Below, piece by piece: positions 19,222 through 29,175 of a stretch of DNA of 64,000 nt. Source of the DNA: Elusimicrobiota bacterium (lineage in GTDB: Bacteria > Elusimicrobiota > Elusimicrobia > UBA1565 > UBA9628); the NCBI GenBank assembly GCA_003452935.1, contig DMMY01000016.1:142009-206008 (forward strand), given 5' to 3'. Under the pieces are notes generated by a model that saw only the letters and a list, made by a program, of their open reading frames with translations, did no database searches and was not told where the DNA came from. The position numbers and the translations under genes were made by a program. Every line of letters begins with the position of its first letter. Position 1 is the first letter of the stretch.

Positions 19222-19365
19222 TATTAAAATTTCGTTGTCGACTTTTAATTTAATAATCGACAGTGTTTTAATTTATCCGCGATTCAGCTCCTTGACTTTT
19301 GCCGGCAGGTTTTGCAACTCAGCATAGATTGATATCGAAAATTCATAGAGATAAATATCGATTAA

Positions 19366-20451
19366 ATGAAGCATTCAAGAATACAAAGAACGATCCCTGT
19401 CAATAAAGGGAACTATTCAATGGAAACCCCGGAGCGGGAGGCATTATTTGACCATTTTCGCGGCGAGGGCTGGGAAAAGGAATATTGCAATTACCGCCAA
19501 AATTGGGTTAGCTACCCCTCGAAGCAATTTATTTCCGATTACCCCTTACTGGTTGACATTGAGCTCTCCACTCGCTGCAATCTGCGCTGCCCGATGTGCT
19601 ACACGATAACCAATGAATTCAAAAAAAGGGTAAAGCCCCGCTTGATGGGATTTGGCCTTTTCACCAAAATTATCGATGAAATACGAGGAAAAGTTCCAGC
19701 GATTAGACTAAGTCTACGCGGAGAGCCCACCATTCATCCCAAATTCATCGCTTGCGTCGATTATGCCAAACGAAGCGGCATTCAAGAAGTATCAACTCTG
19801 ACCAACGGCAGCACACTTTCAACAGAATTTATTTTAAAGATGATGCAGGCCGGCATTGATTGGTTAACCATATCAGTGGATGGCCTGGATGGAACGTATG
19901 AGAGCATCCGTCGGCCTCTAAAATTCAGGGCCCTTCTACAAAAACTAAAAGATATCAAGAGAATTAAGGATAAAACAGGGGCTCACAAACCCGTCGTCAA
20001 GATTCAATCCATCTGGCCGGCAATCAAGCAGAATCCCGAGAACTTCTACAACACCCTTTCTCCGTATGTTGATCTGATCGCATTTAATCCATTGATTGAC
20101 TATCTCGGCAAGGACGAGGAAATAGTCTACGAAAACAACTTCATTTGCTGCCAATTATACCAACGTCTTGTCGTGGGCGCTAACGGAGGCGCGATGATGT
20201 GCTCCAACGACGAAGACGGGACTATCATCGTCGGAGATGCGGAGAAACAAAGCATTCATAGCATCTGGCACGGATCCGCATTGAACAAACTCCGGGCCGT
20301 CCATCGGAAAAAGAATGGTTTTCTTCAGATAGCGGTATGTCGCAAATGCTATCTTCCGCGCTTGACCGAAGAAAGCGAGACCGCTCAAATCAACGGCCGC
20401 GAATTCACGATCAAGAATTACGTCAACAGAAATCAAAGAATCGGTCAATAA
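19366..20451 (+). CDS. Radical SAM / SPASM-domain protein no. 1
   Basis: CNLRCPMCY (Cx3Cx2C) near the N-terminus, plus a C-terminal Cys cluster (FICCQLY...MMCSND...AVCRKCY) of SPASM/twitch type. The start could be the ATG at 19420. Confidence 0.8.
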   Translation: MKHSRIQRTIPVNKGNYSMETPEREALFDHFRGEGWEKEYCNYRQNWVSYPSKQFISDYPLLVDIELSTRCNLRCPMCYTITNEFKKRVKPRLMGFGLFTKIIDEIRGKVPAIRLSLRGEPTIHPKFIACVDYAKRSGIQEVSTLTNGSTLSTEFILKMMQAGIDWLTISVDGLDGTYESIRRPLKFRALLQKLKDIKRIKDKTGAHKPVVKIQSIWPAIKQNPENFYNTLSPYVDLIAFNPLIDYLGKDEEIVYENNFICCQLYQRLVVGANGGAMMCSNDEDGTIIVGDAEKQSIHSIWHGSALNKLRAVHRKKNGFLQIAVCRKCYLPRLTEESETAQINGREFTIKNYVNRNQRIGQ

Positions 20452-20469
20452 TTATTTAAAGGGAATGCC

Positions 20470-21495
20470 ATGAAACCGACCTTCAACTTTCCATCCTTAG
20501 GGCCCGCCTACATCATCGCAGAGATCGGCGGGAATTTTACAAATGCCCGAGAAGCGACAGCTCTCATTGACGCGGCCGCCGATTGCAATGTCAACGCCAT
20601 AAAACTTCAGACTTACAGAGCAGAAACCATCGCGAGCCGAAAAGCCATTTTCGACATGGAGAATACCGGCGTCACGTCTCAATTCGACTTATTCAAAAAA
20701 TACGAGATCGACAAGAAGCTGCATCATGACGTTTTTAATTACGCGGCCAGACGGGGATTGGATTATTTTTCAACCCCCTCGCACGAATCCGACGCGGACA
20801 TGCTTGAAGGACTGGGCGTGGCGGTCTACAAAATCGGGTCCGACGATGCGGTTAATCTCCCATTCTTGCGCTACGTCGCGCGCAAGGGCAAGCCCATGAT
20901 TCTCGCCACAGGAATGTGTACCATGGACGAAGTGCGCGATTCCGCGCGTGTTGTTCGTGAAGCCGGATGCCCCCGGCTCATTCTGCTTCATGCCATTACG
21001 AGTTATCCGACCCACGCTGAGCATGTCAACCTGGCCGCCATGCAGGCCATGATGCGTGAATTCCCGGACTTGGAGGTCGGTTATTCAGACCACACTCTCG
21101 GCATAACGGCATGCATTTGCGCCGCGGCCATGGGGGCGCGGGTTCTGGAAAAACATTTTACCTGCGATAAGCATGCCCCAGGACCGGATCACATGCTTTC
21201 CGCCGACCCCGCCCAAATGAAAGAGCTTGTGCAAAGGGTTCGCGAATTTGAACTCATGCGGGGAAATGGCATCAAGCAACCGGCGTTATCTGAAGAAAAA
21301 ACTCGCCTCAACAATCGCAAAAGCATAGTACTCATGCACGCGATCTCCAAAGGGGAAAGGCTGACGCCCTCCCACCTCGCCGTCAAACGCCCTGGGCACG
21401 GCATCGCTCCGCGGCACCTGCCCGAACTGCCTGGCCGATCCGTCAACAAGGACATGAAGAGAGACGACATCCTTTCCTGGGAGGACTTAGACTGA
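20470..21495 (+). CDS. N-acylneuraminate/pseudaminate synthase family (NeuB/PseI-like) with a C-terminal SAF domain
   Basis: YIIAEIGGNF ... AIKLQTY ... VAVYKIGSDD ... GKPMILATGM NeuB signature blocks. Confidence 0.85.
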   Translation: MKPTFNFPSLGPAYIIAEIGGNFTNAREATALIDAAADCNVNAIKLQTYRAETIASRKAIFDMENTGVTSQFDLFKKYEIDKKLHHDVFNYAARRGLDYFSTPSHESDADMLEGLGVAVYKIGSDDAVNLPFLRYVARKGKPMILATGMCTMDEVRDSARVVREAGCPRLILLHAITSYPTHAEHVNLAAMQAMMREFPDLEVGYSDHTLGITACICAAAMGARVLEKHFTCDKHAPGPDHMLSADPAQMKELVQRVREFELMRGNGIKQPALSEEKTRLNNRKSIVLMHAISKGERLTPSHLAVKRPGHGIAPRHLPELPGRSVNKDMKRDDILSWEDLD

Positions 21496-21521
21496 AAGTC
21501 GGGATCATCCTGCAGGCGCGC

Positions 21522-22202
21522 ATGGGGTCATCGCGTTTTCCCGGTAAAGTCCTGCGCTTAATCGGGAAGCGCAAGCTGCTGGAGCATGTTTTTTTTCGAT
21601 TGAGACATTCAAAAGTCGAAACAACCTTGATCGTCGCAACCCCAGACATTACGGCTGATGACCCCATTTCCGAGCTCTGTCGCCAACACGAAGTGGCATG
21701 CTTCCGCGGCAGCGAGCTCAATGTCCTCGACCGATATTATCGCTGCGCCTTACGGCACGCTTTTGACCACATAGTCCGCTTGACAGGAGACAATCCGTTC
21801 GTCGATATTGAAGAAATGGACCGTCTAATTAGGCTTCATTTGGAGACCGAGGCCGATTTCTCCTATTCCTTTCAGGTTTTGCCAATCGGCTGCGGAGCCG
21901 AGATATTTTCCTTCCCAGCCCTGGCAACAAGTTTCCAGGAGGGACACGCATCGCATCATTTGGAGCACGTAGACGAATACATATTCGACCATCTCGATCG
22001 CTTTCGCACCAGTGCGTTGATAGTTCCGGGGGACAAGCAGAAGCCAAAAGTGCGCCTGACCGTTGACACGCCGGAAGACTATGCCCGAGCATGTTTCATC
22101 GTCAAACACTCATCAAGCGAATATGTATCGACAGAGGAAGCGATAGCCCTGGCGGCGGATTTTGACCATATTACAAGGAAACCGTCAGGCGGGATCCTAT
22201 GA
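21522..22202 (+). CDS. Nonulosonic-acid cytidylyltransferase (PseF/NeuA/SpsF family). The N-terminus probably starts upstream at a non-ATG codon.
   Basis: MGSSRFPGKVL matches the GSSRLPGK motif. The in-frame upstream reading LKVGIILQARM supplies the conserved AIIQAR block, with CTG 21492 overlapping the neuB-like stop. Confidence 0.7.
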   Translation: MGSSRFPGKVLRLIGKRKLLEHVFFRLRHSKVETTLIVATPDITADDPISELCRQHEVACFRGSELNVLDRYYRCALRHAFDHIVRLTGDNPFVDIEEMDRLIRLHLETEADFSYSFQVLPIGCGAEIFSFPALATSFQEGHASHHLEHVDEYIFDHLDRFRTSALIVPGDKQKPKVRLTVDTPEDYARACFIVKHSSSEYVSTEEAIALAADFDHITRKPSGGIL

Positions 22203-23167
22203 CTTTCGCTATTTGCGCGGAATCTTCGCATCAACGAGGCATGGGGCATATTTTCCGCGCGATAAACTTTCACTCATATCTGAAGGCGAAAGGGGAAGCC
22301 TGCGTTATCTTAACCAACCCCCATGCGCCGGCTGAAGACGCGCTGCGCAAGAACAGCGTTCAATTCGACTTGATAGACCTTAACAACGAGCAAAGCCAAT
22401 GGGAACGCATCCTCATCTCCCGTCACAGAATCGATGTTTGGATTAACGACCGCCTAACTACCGGGAAAGCTCACGCCTTAAGGGTCAAAAACGCAGGCGC
22501 CAAACTAATCACGATGGATGATCACGGTCCCGGAGCAGATTTGAGCGATCTTCATGTGGCCAGCCTATCTTTCTCAGAATCAGAGCCACCACGAGGCCGC
22601 AGGGTGCTGCAAGGCATTGATTACCTGATCTTAAGTCCGCACATTATCGCGCGGCGCCGCCTCCGAAGGACTCTGGAACGGATCGTTATTTCCTTGGGAG
22701 GCAGCGATACATACGGCGTCACGGTCAAAGTCGCCATTCTCCTAAGAGAGCTGAACTATTCGGCCGTCATTCATCTCGGCCCCGCATTCGCCCACCACGA
22801 TGCGCTCGCGGCATTGCTCGGAGACAATCTCTCGGTAACGGAAAACATCCCATCGTTGGTTGATTTGTTTTCAGATTTCGATCTAGCCATCACAGGTGCC
22901 GGCGTGACCCCTTTCGAAGCCAACGCGGCGGGCTTGCCGGCACTAGTCATAGCCAACGAGCTCTTTGAAATACCCAACGGCAAGCTGCTGCATGCCGCAG
23001 GATCCGCTTTTTTTATGGGCCATCACAAAAACCTTTGCCGTCATCAAATGCAGGCAGGACTTTCCTACGCCGCCGCCCACCTCGAAGAAATGAGCCGACG
23101 AGGCATGGAACGATTTTCTCCTCAAACAGCTTTCGAGAGAATATTTAAAGAAATTAAGAATATATAA
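22199..23167 (+). CDS. PseG-like UDP-sugar hydrolase (GT28 C-terminal-like)
   Basis: N-terminal AICAESSHQRGMGHIFRAINF resembles PseG (R.DSSSQIG.GH). C-terminal ISLGGSD...ITGAGVTPFEANAAGLPALVI block. Confidence 0.55.
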   Translation: MTFAICAESSHQRGMGHIFRAINFHSYLKAKGEACVILTNPHAPAEDALRKNSVQFDLIDLNNEQSQWERILISRHRIDVWINDRLTTGKAHALRVKNAGAKLITMDDHGPGADLSDLHVASLSFSESEPPRGRRVLQGIDYLILSPHIIARRRLRRTLERIVISLGGSDTYGVTVKVAILLRELNYSAVIHLGPAFAHHDALAALLGDNLSVTENIPSLVDLFSDFDLAITGAGVTPFEANAAGLPALVIANELFEIPNGKLLHAAGSAFFMGHHKNLCRHQMQAGLSYAAAHLEEMSRRGMERFSPQTAFERIFKEIKNI

Positions 23168-23168
23168 T

Positions 23169-23855
23169 ATGACTGCCGTCATCCACCAACCAGATTTCTT
23201 GCCCTATCTCGGATTTTTCCATAGATTACTTCAGGCACATTTGTACGTAATCCTGGACCACGTTCAATTCGTATACGGCAGCAGAAGTTGGACCAGCAGG
23301 GATAAGATAAAGACTTCCCAAGGAGCAAAATGGCTGACCGTACCGATAAAAAAATGCGCGCAGGCGACGCCGATCGATCAAGTAATGCTTTCCAACACGG
23401 ACTGGCGCCAAACCCATCTTAACTTATTGTTCGAAAACTACCGCTCCACCCCATTCTTTGAGGAAATATTGCCCCATATAGAGGCTCTCTATCAGTTTCA
23501 GTGCGAACGCCTGGTAGATTTCAACCTTGCCTCAATCAATATGCTGAATCATCTTTTTGGCATCTCCATTCCATCCGCCCTCTCCAGCAGCCTGAAACCT
23601 GCGGGAAAAAGCAACGAGTTGCTCGTTGACATTCTTAAAAAAGTCAATGCGACCACATATCTTTCAGGAATCGGGGCGAAAGCTTACTTCGATCCCAAGC
23701 CGTTCGAAACCGCAGGCATACGCGTTATTTGGCAGAATTTCTCTCATCCAGTTTATCTACAATGCCACGGCCCCTTCATTGCGTCTCTGAGCAGTATCGA
23801 CCTGCTTTTTAATTGCGGCATAGCGAAATCACGCGAAATACTAAGGAGCTGCTAA
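23169..23855 (+). CDS. WbqC-like family protein (O-antigen-cluster associated, function unknown)
   Basis: MTAVIHQPDFLPYLGFF start typical of WbqC-family proteins. Confidence 0.55.
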   Translation: MTAVIHQPDFLPYLGFFHRLLQAHLYVILDHVQFVYGSRSWTSRDKIKTSQGAKWLTVPIKKCAQATPIDQVMLSNTDWRQTHLNLLFENYRSTPFFEEILPHIEALYQFQCERLVDFNLASINMLNHLFGISIPSALSSSLKPAGKSNELLVDILKKVNATTYLSGIGAKAYFDPKPFETAGIRVIWQNFSHPVYLQCHGPFIASLSSIDLLFNCGIAKSREILRSC

Positions 23856-24481
23856 TGAATATTCTCGCGATCGGCGCGCATTTTGACGATATAGAACTCG
23901 GATGCGGAGGAGCACTAGCAAAGCATGTTGCCCATGGCGATAACGTATACGCCTATGTCGCGACCCTTTCCGGTTTTGCCAACCAAAAAAATCAGGTTGT
24001 TCGAACCAACAAGATCGCGAAAGAGGAAGGAAAAAAGGCAATGGCTATTTTGGGGGCAACCCTGATTTGCGGAGACCACAAGACCTTAGCTGTCGAATTC
24101 AATGAGCGATTAAATACGCAAATCTTGAGCATCACCGAGGATCAAGCTATAGGTTTGGTCTACACACATTGGATCGGCGACATTCATCATGACCACCAAG
24201 CCGTGGCGCGGGCGTCGCTACACTCCTGCCGCCACGTTCCACGCATGCTGATGTATCGCAGTAATTGGTACCACTCCACCATGGAATTTCAAGGAAATTT
24301 TTACGTTGACATAACCGATCATATCGACACAAAATTTAATGCCGTCCGGGCGCACTCTTCCGAACTAAAACGAATCGGAAACAGATGGATCACTTTTTTT
24401 CAAAATGAGGCGGAAAACGCCGGGCAACGCATTTCGGTCAAGCACGCGGAGGTCTTCGAGCTTGTGAAATGGCTTGAATAA
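23855..24481 (+). CDS. PIG-L/LmbE family N-acetyl-sugar deacetylase
   Basis: ILAIGAHFDDIELGCGG (AHPDD-type motif) and HxDH segment. AGGAG RBS before the ATG at 23855. Confidence 0.75.
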   Translation: MNILAIGAHFDDIELGCGGALAKHVAHGDNVYAYVATLSGFANQKNQVVRTNKIAKEEGKKAMAILGATLICGDHKTLAVEFNERLNTQILSITEDQAIGLVYTHWIGDIHHDHQAVARASLHSCRHVPRMLMYRSNWYHSTMEFQGNFYVDITDHIDTKFNAVRAHSSELKRIGNRWITFFQNEAENAGQRISVKHAEVFELVKWLE

Positions 24482-24562
24482 AGCGCCGACCTCTGGTAAA
24501 ACCTGCCAACAAGGCCCAGCTTTTCAATGCATCGGATTACGCATCATATTCCTAATGGCAAT

Positions 24563-24571
24563 TGCTATAAT
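24563..24571 (+). promoter_or_regulatory. Extended -10 box aattgcTATAAT upstream of wzc
   Basis: TG at 24563-64 and TATAAT at 24566-71 in a 230-bp AT-rich spacer. Confidence 0.4.
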
Positions 24572-24711
24572 AATGAACACGATAACATCTTTATTCAGAT
24601 AGAGTGGCAAACGCAGATTTAACAATTCACAGTATTACGGCCTGAAAAAAAGAGAAACAAATAACGGGCGAGAGCCCTTGATTTCCAGACTCATTTGACT
24701 GAAGAGCCCCC

Positions 24712-26454
24712 ATGAACCCCACGCCCGATTCCGAAACCGAACTTGATTTGACTCATTACATGGATATCATCCTGCGCCGCCGATGGATCGTCCTCTCGGC
24801 GCTCTCCATCGTTTTTATCTCAACGATGCTCGTGACTTTCACCACCAAACCAATCTACCAGGCCAGTTCCTTGCTTGTCATCGAAAAGGAACGCAGTTCC
24901 AGCAATGCGGTCTACACCAACGGCGCCCTCATTGAAAGCAGCAATGACGACTATTACCAAACCCAATACAAACTGCTCCAAAGCAAATCCTTAACGCAAA
25001 AGGTTTTTGACGATCTGCACTTATCCAATGCCGCCGATTTCGCGGACCCTCGCGGCATAGAGAAGTTCCGCAACGCCCTGACCATTTCCCCGGTCCTGCG
25101 CAGCCGTTTGGTCTATGTCCGGGTGCAGTCCCACAATCCACATCTCGCCGCCAAAGCCGCCAATGCCCTCAGTGAAACCTTCGTCGATCAAAATCTCTCC
25201 AATCAACTTTTCATCTCCAAGGAAGTCTTGCAGGCCCTACAAGTCAATGAAGACTCCCCAAAAGCCCGGCAGATGTACGAAGCCCTGCCCGCCGTCGTCA
25301 GCAACCCGCTCATCCAAACCCTTAAAGGCGAACACGCCAAGCTCGAGGCGCAATGCGCGGAAATGTCACAAAAATTCACGGCCAAATACCCAGCCATGAT
25401 CGCTTTGCGATCCAACCTGAACGCGCTCAAGGGGCAAATTCAAGCTGAAACAGACAAAGTCGTGCAGAGCCTGAAGACCGAACTGTCCGGCCAGTTGCGC
25501 GGGAATAATGTTCGCATCGTTGATTCTGCCACTGTTCCGGAGTCTCCGATCAAGCCAACAAAACGGACGAACGCTTTGCTCGGGCTTATCGGCGGCCTAG
25601 GCCTGGGCTTGGCCCTGGCATTCCTGGTGGAAATGATCGATCAAAGCGTTCGAACCCAGGAAGATATAGAGGAAAAGCTCGGCCAGCCCTTCCTTGGCAT
25701 AATTCCTCAATCCATTATCCGGAACAACACAATCATTGAGGCGATGCTGGCCAAAGAACTTTCTCTTACCAGCGAGGCCTTCCGCAACATGCGAACCATG
25801 GTGGATTTCGCCGGCATTGGCGGAAAAGCAAAGACCGTCCTGCTGACATCGACGGTCCAGGGAGAGGGAAAGACTTATATAGCTTCCAACTTAGCCGTGG
25901 CCTGGGCCCAGATAGGAGAAAGCGTTTTGCTCATTGACGGAGACCTTCGCCGCCCAAAAATCCACAAAGCCTTCCATCTCTCGGCCGAAAAAGGTCTCAG
26001 CGATTTCTTGGTCTCAGGCCGCCACACCGAAGACGTGGCAAACCTAGTCCAACAATGCGTGGTTCCCGGCTTATCTCTCCTGCCCTGCGGCCAACGCCCC
26101 CCCAATCCATCAGAACTGCTCAACACTCCCCGCTTGGGCGCGATGATCGCCTGGGCGCAGGAACATTACGACAGAGTCGTCGTCGACAGCACACCCATGT
26201 TTCCCATCAACGACACATTGCTTTGGGGCCGCCATATCCCCTCCAGCATCTTCGTCGTTCGCTACGGCGAGACCCGCACCCCGCTTATTCGCAGCGCCTG
26301 TCAAAAACTCATCACCAGCAGCATCAAGCCACTCGGCGTCGCTATCAACGCGGCAAAAGCCGGCGGGCTATCCTACGCATCCTACGGCTACTACTATCAA
26401 CAATACTATCAGCAATACCACCAGGAATCGGAGCTCAGCAAAAAGTCCACATGA
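24712..26454 (+). CDS. wzc: Polysaccharide co-polymerase / tyrosine autokinase (Wzc/BY-kinase family)
   Basis: N-terminal Wzz region with TM; Walker A QGEGKTYIASNLA; DGDLRRP; C-terminal Tyr cluster YASYGYYYQQYYQQY. Confidence 0.85.
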   Translation: MNPTPDSETELDLTHYMDIILRRRWIVLSALSIVFISTMLVTFTTKPIYQASSLLVIEKERSSSNAVYTNGALIESSNDDYYQTQYKLLQSKSLTQKVFDDLHLSNAADFADPRGIEKFRNALTISPVLRSRLVYVRVQSHNPHLAAKAANALSETFVDQNLSNQLFISKEVLQALQVNEDSPKARQMYEALPAVVSNPLIQTLKGEHAKLEAQCAEMSQKFTAKYPAMIALRSNLNALKGQIQAETDKVVQSLKTELSGQLRGNNVRIVDSATVPESPIKPTKRTNALLGLIGGLGLGLALAFLVEMIDQSVRTQEDIEEKLGQPFLGIIPQSIIRNNTIIEAMLAKELSLTSEAFRNMRTMVDFAGIGGKAKTVLLTSTVQGEGKTYIASNLAVAWAQIGESVLLIDGDLRRPKIHKAFHLSAEKGLSDFLVSGRHTEDVANLVQQCVVPGLSLLPCGQRPPNPSELLNTPRLGAMIAWAQEHYDRVVVDSTPMFPINDTLLWGRHIPSSIFVVRYGETRTPLIRSACQKLITSSIKPLGVAINAAKAGGLSYASYGYYYQQYYQQYHQESELSKKST

Positions 26455-28181
26455 CGTTTCGCCTTCCGGCGCCAATCCTCGAAAGCCTCTTCCTTTTTGC
26501 CGTAATTGTCGGGCCATTATTCTTCGGCGCCGTTGAACCGTGGTCATTTGCCGTTCTATGCCTCGCGATTAACACAACGGTATTTTTTTGCGCATTACGC
26601 GGCCTGCCGAATCTTGAGCAGCCTATCTACCGGACGTTGCTCCCTGGCATCGCGGCCTTACTTTTCATAGGCGTGATTCAACGCTTCAATCCCCGCTCGA
26701 TCCTCGAGCCTGCCTCTTGGCTGCCCGCAAGCACAAGTCCTAATGCCACCGGTCGCGCTTTATGGCTATGGTCGACCTACGCAGCCGCTCTCTGGTGCGC
26801 GCCCCAGGTTTTCAATGGGCTGGCCGCCGTGAAACGACTCCTGGCTACGATATTCGCCCTAGGCTGCACGCTCGCTGTCGTCGGAATCATTCAAAAGGCC
26901 CAATATCCAGAAATGTATGATAACTTAATCTACGGATTACGCCGAGCCCCATTTCCTCTCCAACCCTTCGGACCTTATTACAATAAGGATCACGCTGCTT
27001 CCCTGCTGATCATGACCATATTCTGCGGGGTCGGCTTGCTGTGGAACCAAGCCAGCGTTATGCAAGAACGCCCCAAGCAACACGATTTATTCAGCATCGC
27101 AGCCATCCAAACCATGATCATTTTTGGCATTGGGATCAGCCTTCTCGGCCTCCTCCATACCCGTTCAAGAGGCGCACTGGCCGCCCTTTTAATAACAGGG
27201 CTCGCTCTTGGCATACACTCCTTTTGGGGGAGAATTTATCGAACCTTTTTATTCATTCCAGCCTTGGCCCTTGTTCTATTCGCTATAACGACAAGCCCCA
27301 TCGCCGACAAATTCTCAGGTTCGCTGATCAAGACAGCAATTGCCGAACGAACCATGTTCTATCGCTCAGGAATGCTCATCGTCAGCGATTTCCCATTAAT
27401 GGGCACAGGCCTAGGCACTCTCCAACAGGCCTACTATCCATATCAGCCGAGAGAAGTACGGGGAATAATGGAGCACATCCACTGCGACTGGCTGGAGCTC
27501 TTAATCCAGGCTGGACTTGCAGGTTTTACTGCATACATATTGGGCTTTGCACTCTTCTTGCGCTCCTGCATAAAATCTCCGCCTCATATCGCTAAGCGAG
27601 AAAACCCGGGGCTTGCCCAAGGAGTTGGCGGCGGCGCCATTGCCTTCGCAATTCACGGATGCATTGATTTCGGGTTCCAGACTCCGGCCAATGCATTGAT
27701 CTTTTTCCTTCTTCTCGCGGCATTAGGCATCTTGTCTAGCCGCAACGAGGACTCCCAGAAGCCTCGCCTGCCCCTTTTCTCGAGAATTCCACAAATCGCC
27801 ATCGCCGCCGCGGCCCTCACCCTAGTCCTTTTCTCCGTTCCGCCGGCCGTTGCATCCTGGCACTACTTAAACCGAAAAGCGGATTCTCCGGAATCCTGCG
27901 CAAAACGTCTCTCCCTAGCTATTGAGCTGGACGCCCAGCCAAAATATCATTATGAACTTGCGCGACACCTCGCATCTTCGATGCCTCAACAAATAGACGG
28001 GCGCATCCAAATACTCCGTCAAGCCCTTGCGCATGCCAATTCGGCCTTACTGCTCGATCCCGCAAGCCCGAACCTCCGCAGGCTTCAAGATGACATCCTT
28101 TGGCGCTTAGGCCGCTTGGCGGACGGGAAAGACCTCCGCAATCAAGACGATCGTTTAGAGGGCGGCAATGGCGAATACTAG
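26450..28181 (+). CDS. O-antigen ligase/polymerase-family membrane protein (Wzy_C domain) with a C-terminal TPR-like tail
   Basis: Many TM helices. LLHTRSRGALAAL loop typical of the Wzy_C/WaaL family. ATG at 26450 overlaps the wzc stop (ATGA). Confidence 0.6.
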
Positions 28182-29106
28182 CCGGCCGCTCGTAACAGTC
28201 GTCATCAATGCCTATAATGGCGCGCGCTATCTGCGGGAAGCAATCAATTCCGTTTATGCTCAAACTATGCAAGACTTCGAGATCGTACTCTTCGATGACG
28301 CATCAACTGATGAAACCCCGAAGATTGCCGGAGAATTCGACTCAAGATTGAGATATGCCCGTTGCGACCACAATATTCCTCTTGGAGAAGCCCGCAACAG
28401 GGCCCTCGAAATATCGCTTGGAAAATACGTGAGCTTTCTAGATCAGGATGACCTCTTCCTGCCGAATAAGCTATCGCTTCAGGTCGCGGCTTTTCAAGGC
28501 GACATAGCTTTGGTATTCAGCAATTCCATCCGGTTCTGGGAGGAAACCGGCAAGGAAGCCATACACTACACGTCTCGACCTATGGATGGGAATGCCTTCA
28601 GGGCCCTATTGCGCTGGTATTATCTGACCATCAATACTGTGACCATTCGCAAGGATGCCTTGCCCGATGACCGGAACTGGTGGTTTCCTCCAACATTTAG
28701 GATGTGCGAGGAAACCGACCTGTTTTTGAGACTGGCATACCAGCATCCCATAGCATATGTAGACGAGCCCTTAGCCAAGTACCGAATCCACGGCTCAAAT
28801 TTTTCACTTTGCCATCGCGAATATCTCATATCTGAGCAAAACGCCATTCTTGAGAGGCTTCACGGATTAATCCCAGGATTCGCATCCCGCTACGCGGATG
28901 AGGTCGCGGTGTTTAGGGCTGAAATTAAGAGAACCGAAGCGCAGATACATTGGAAGAAGGGGCATTGCCGCAAGGCTTGGAAAAACTACCTTGAAGGATT
29001 ACGCCTCAACCCGCGGCCGGTATACCTGGCGGAAATGTTCTTAAGCGCCATTTTCCCTTACGAGGTCCTGCCGGCGATACGCGAATTCATCGGGAAACCC
29101 ATTTGA
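28168..29106 (+). CDS. Glycosyltransferase family 2
   Basis: VTVVINAYNGARYL ... FDDASTD ... FLDQDD (DXD) motifs. Confidence 0.8.
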   Translation: MANTSRPLVTVVINAYNGARYLREAINSVYAQTMQDFEIVLFDDASTDETPKIAGEFDSRLRYARCDHNIPLGEARNRALEISLGKYVSFLDQDDLFLPNKLSLQVAAFQGDIALVFSNSIRFWEETGKEAIHYTSRPMDGNAFRALLRWYYLTINTVTIRKDALPDDRNWWFPPTFRMCEETDLFLRLAYQHPIAYVDEPLAKYRIHGSNFSLCHREYLISEQNAILERLHGLIPGFASRYADEVAVFRAEIKRTEAQIHWKKGHCRKAWKNYLEGLRLNPRPVYLAEMFLSAIFPYEVLPAIREFIGKPI

Positions 29107-29175
29107 CACGGAACATTTGATGCATCTCTCCGCTTCTCGCCGTGAGCCTCATCAGACTTTCAGACAACTCGGGAA

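Noticed and set aside
24482-24711. JUMPstart/ops (GGCGGTAG) antitermination element ahead of wzc or other operon entries
   Set aside because: No GGCGGTAG or close variant was seen in any of the island spacers.
26055-26449. N-terminal 130 codons of the 708-aa ORF overlapping the wzc 3' end
   Set aside because: Arg/His-rich nonsense. The real start is the ATG at 26450, overlapping the wzc stop.
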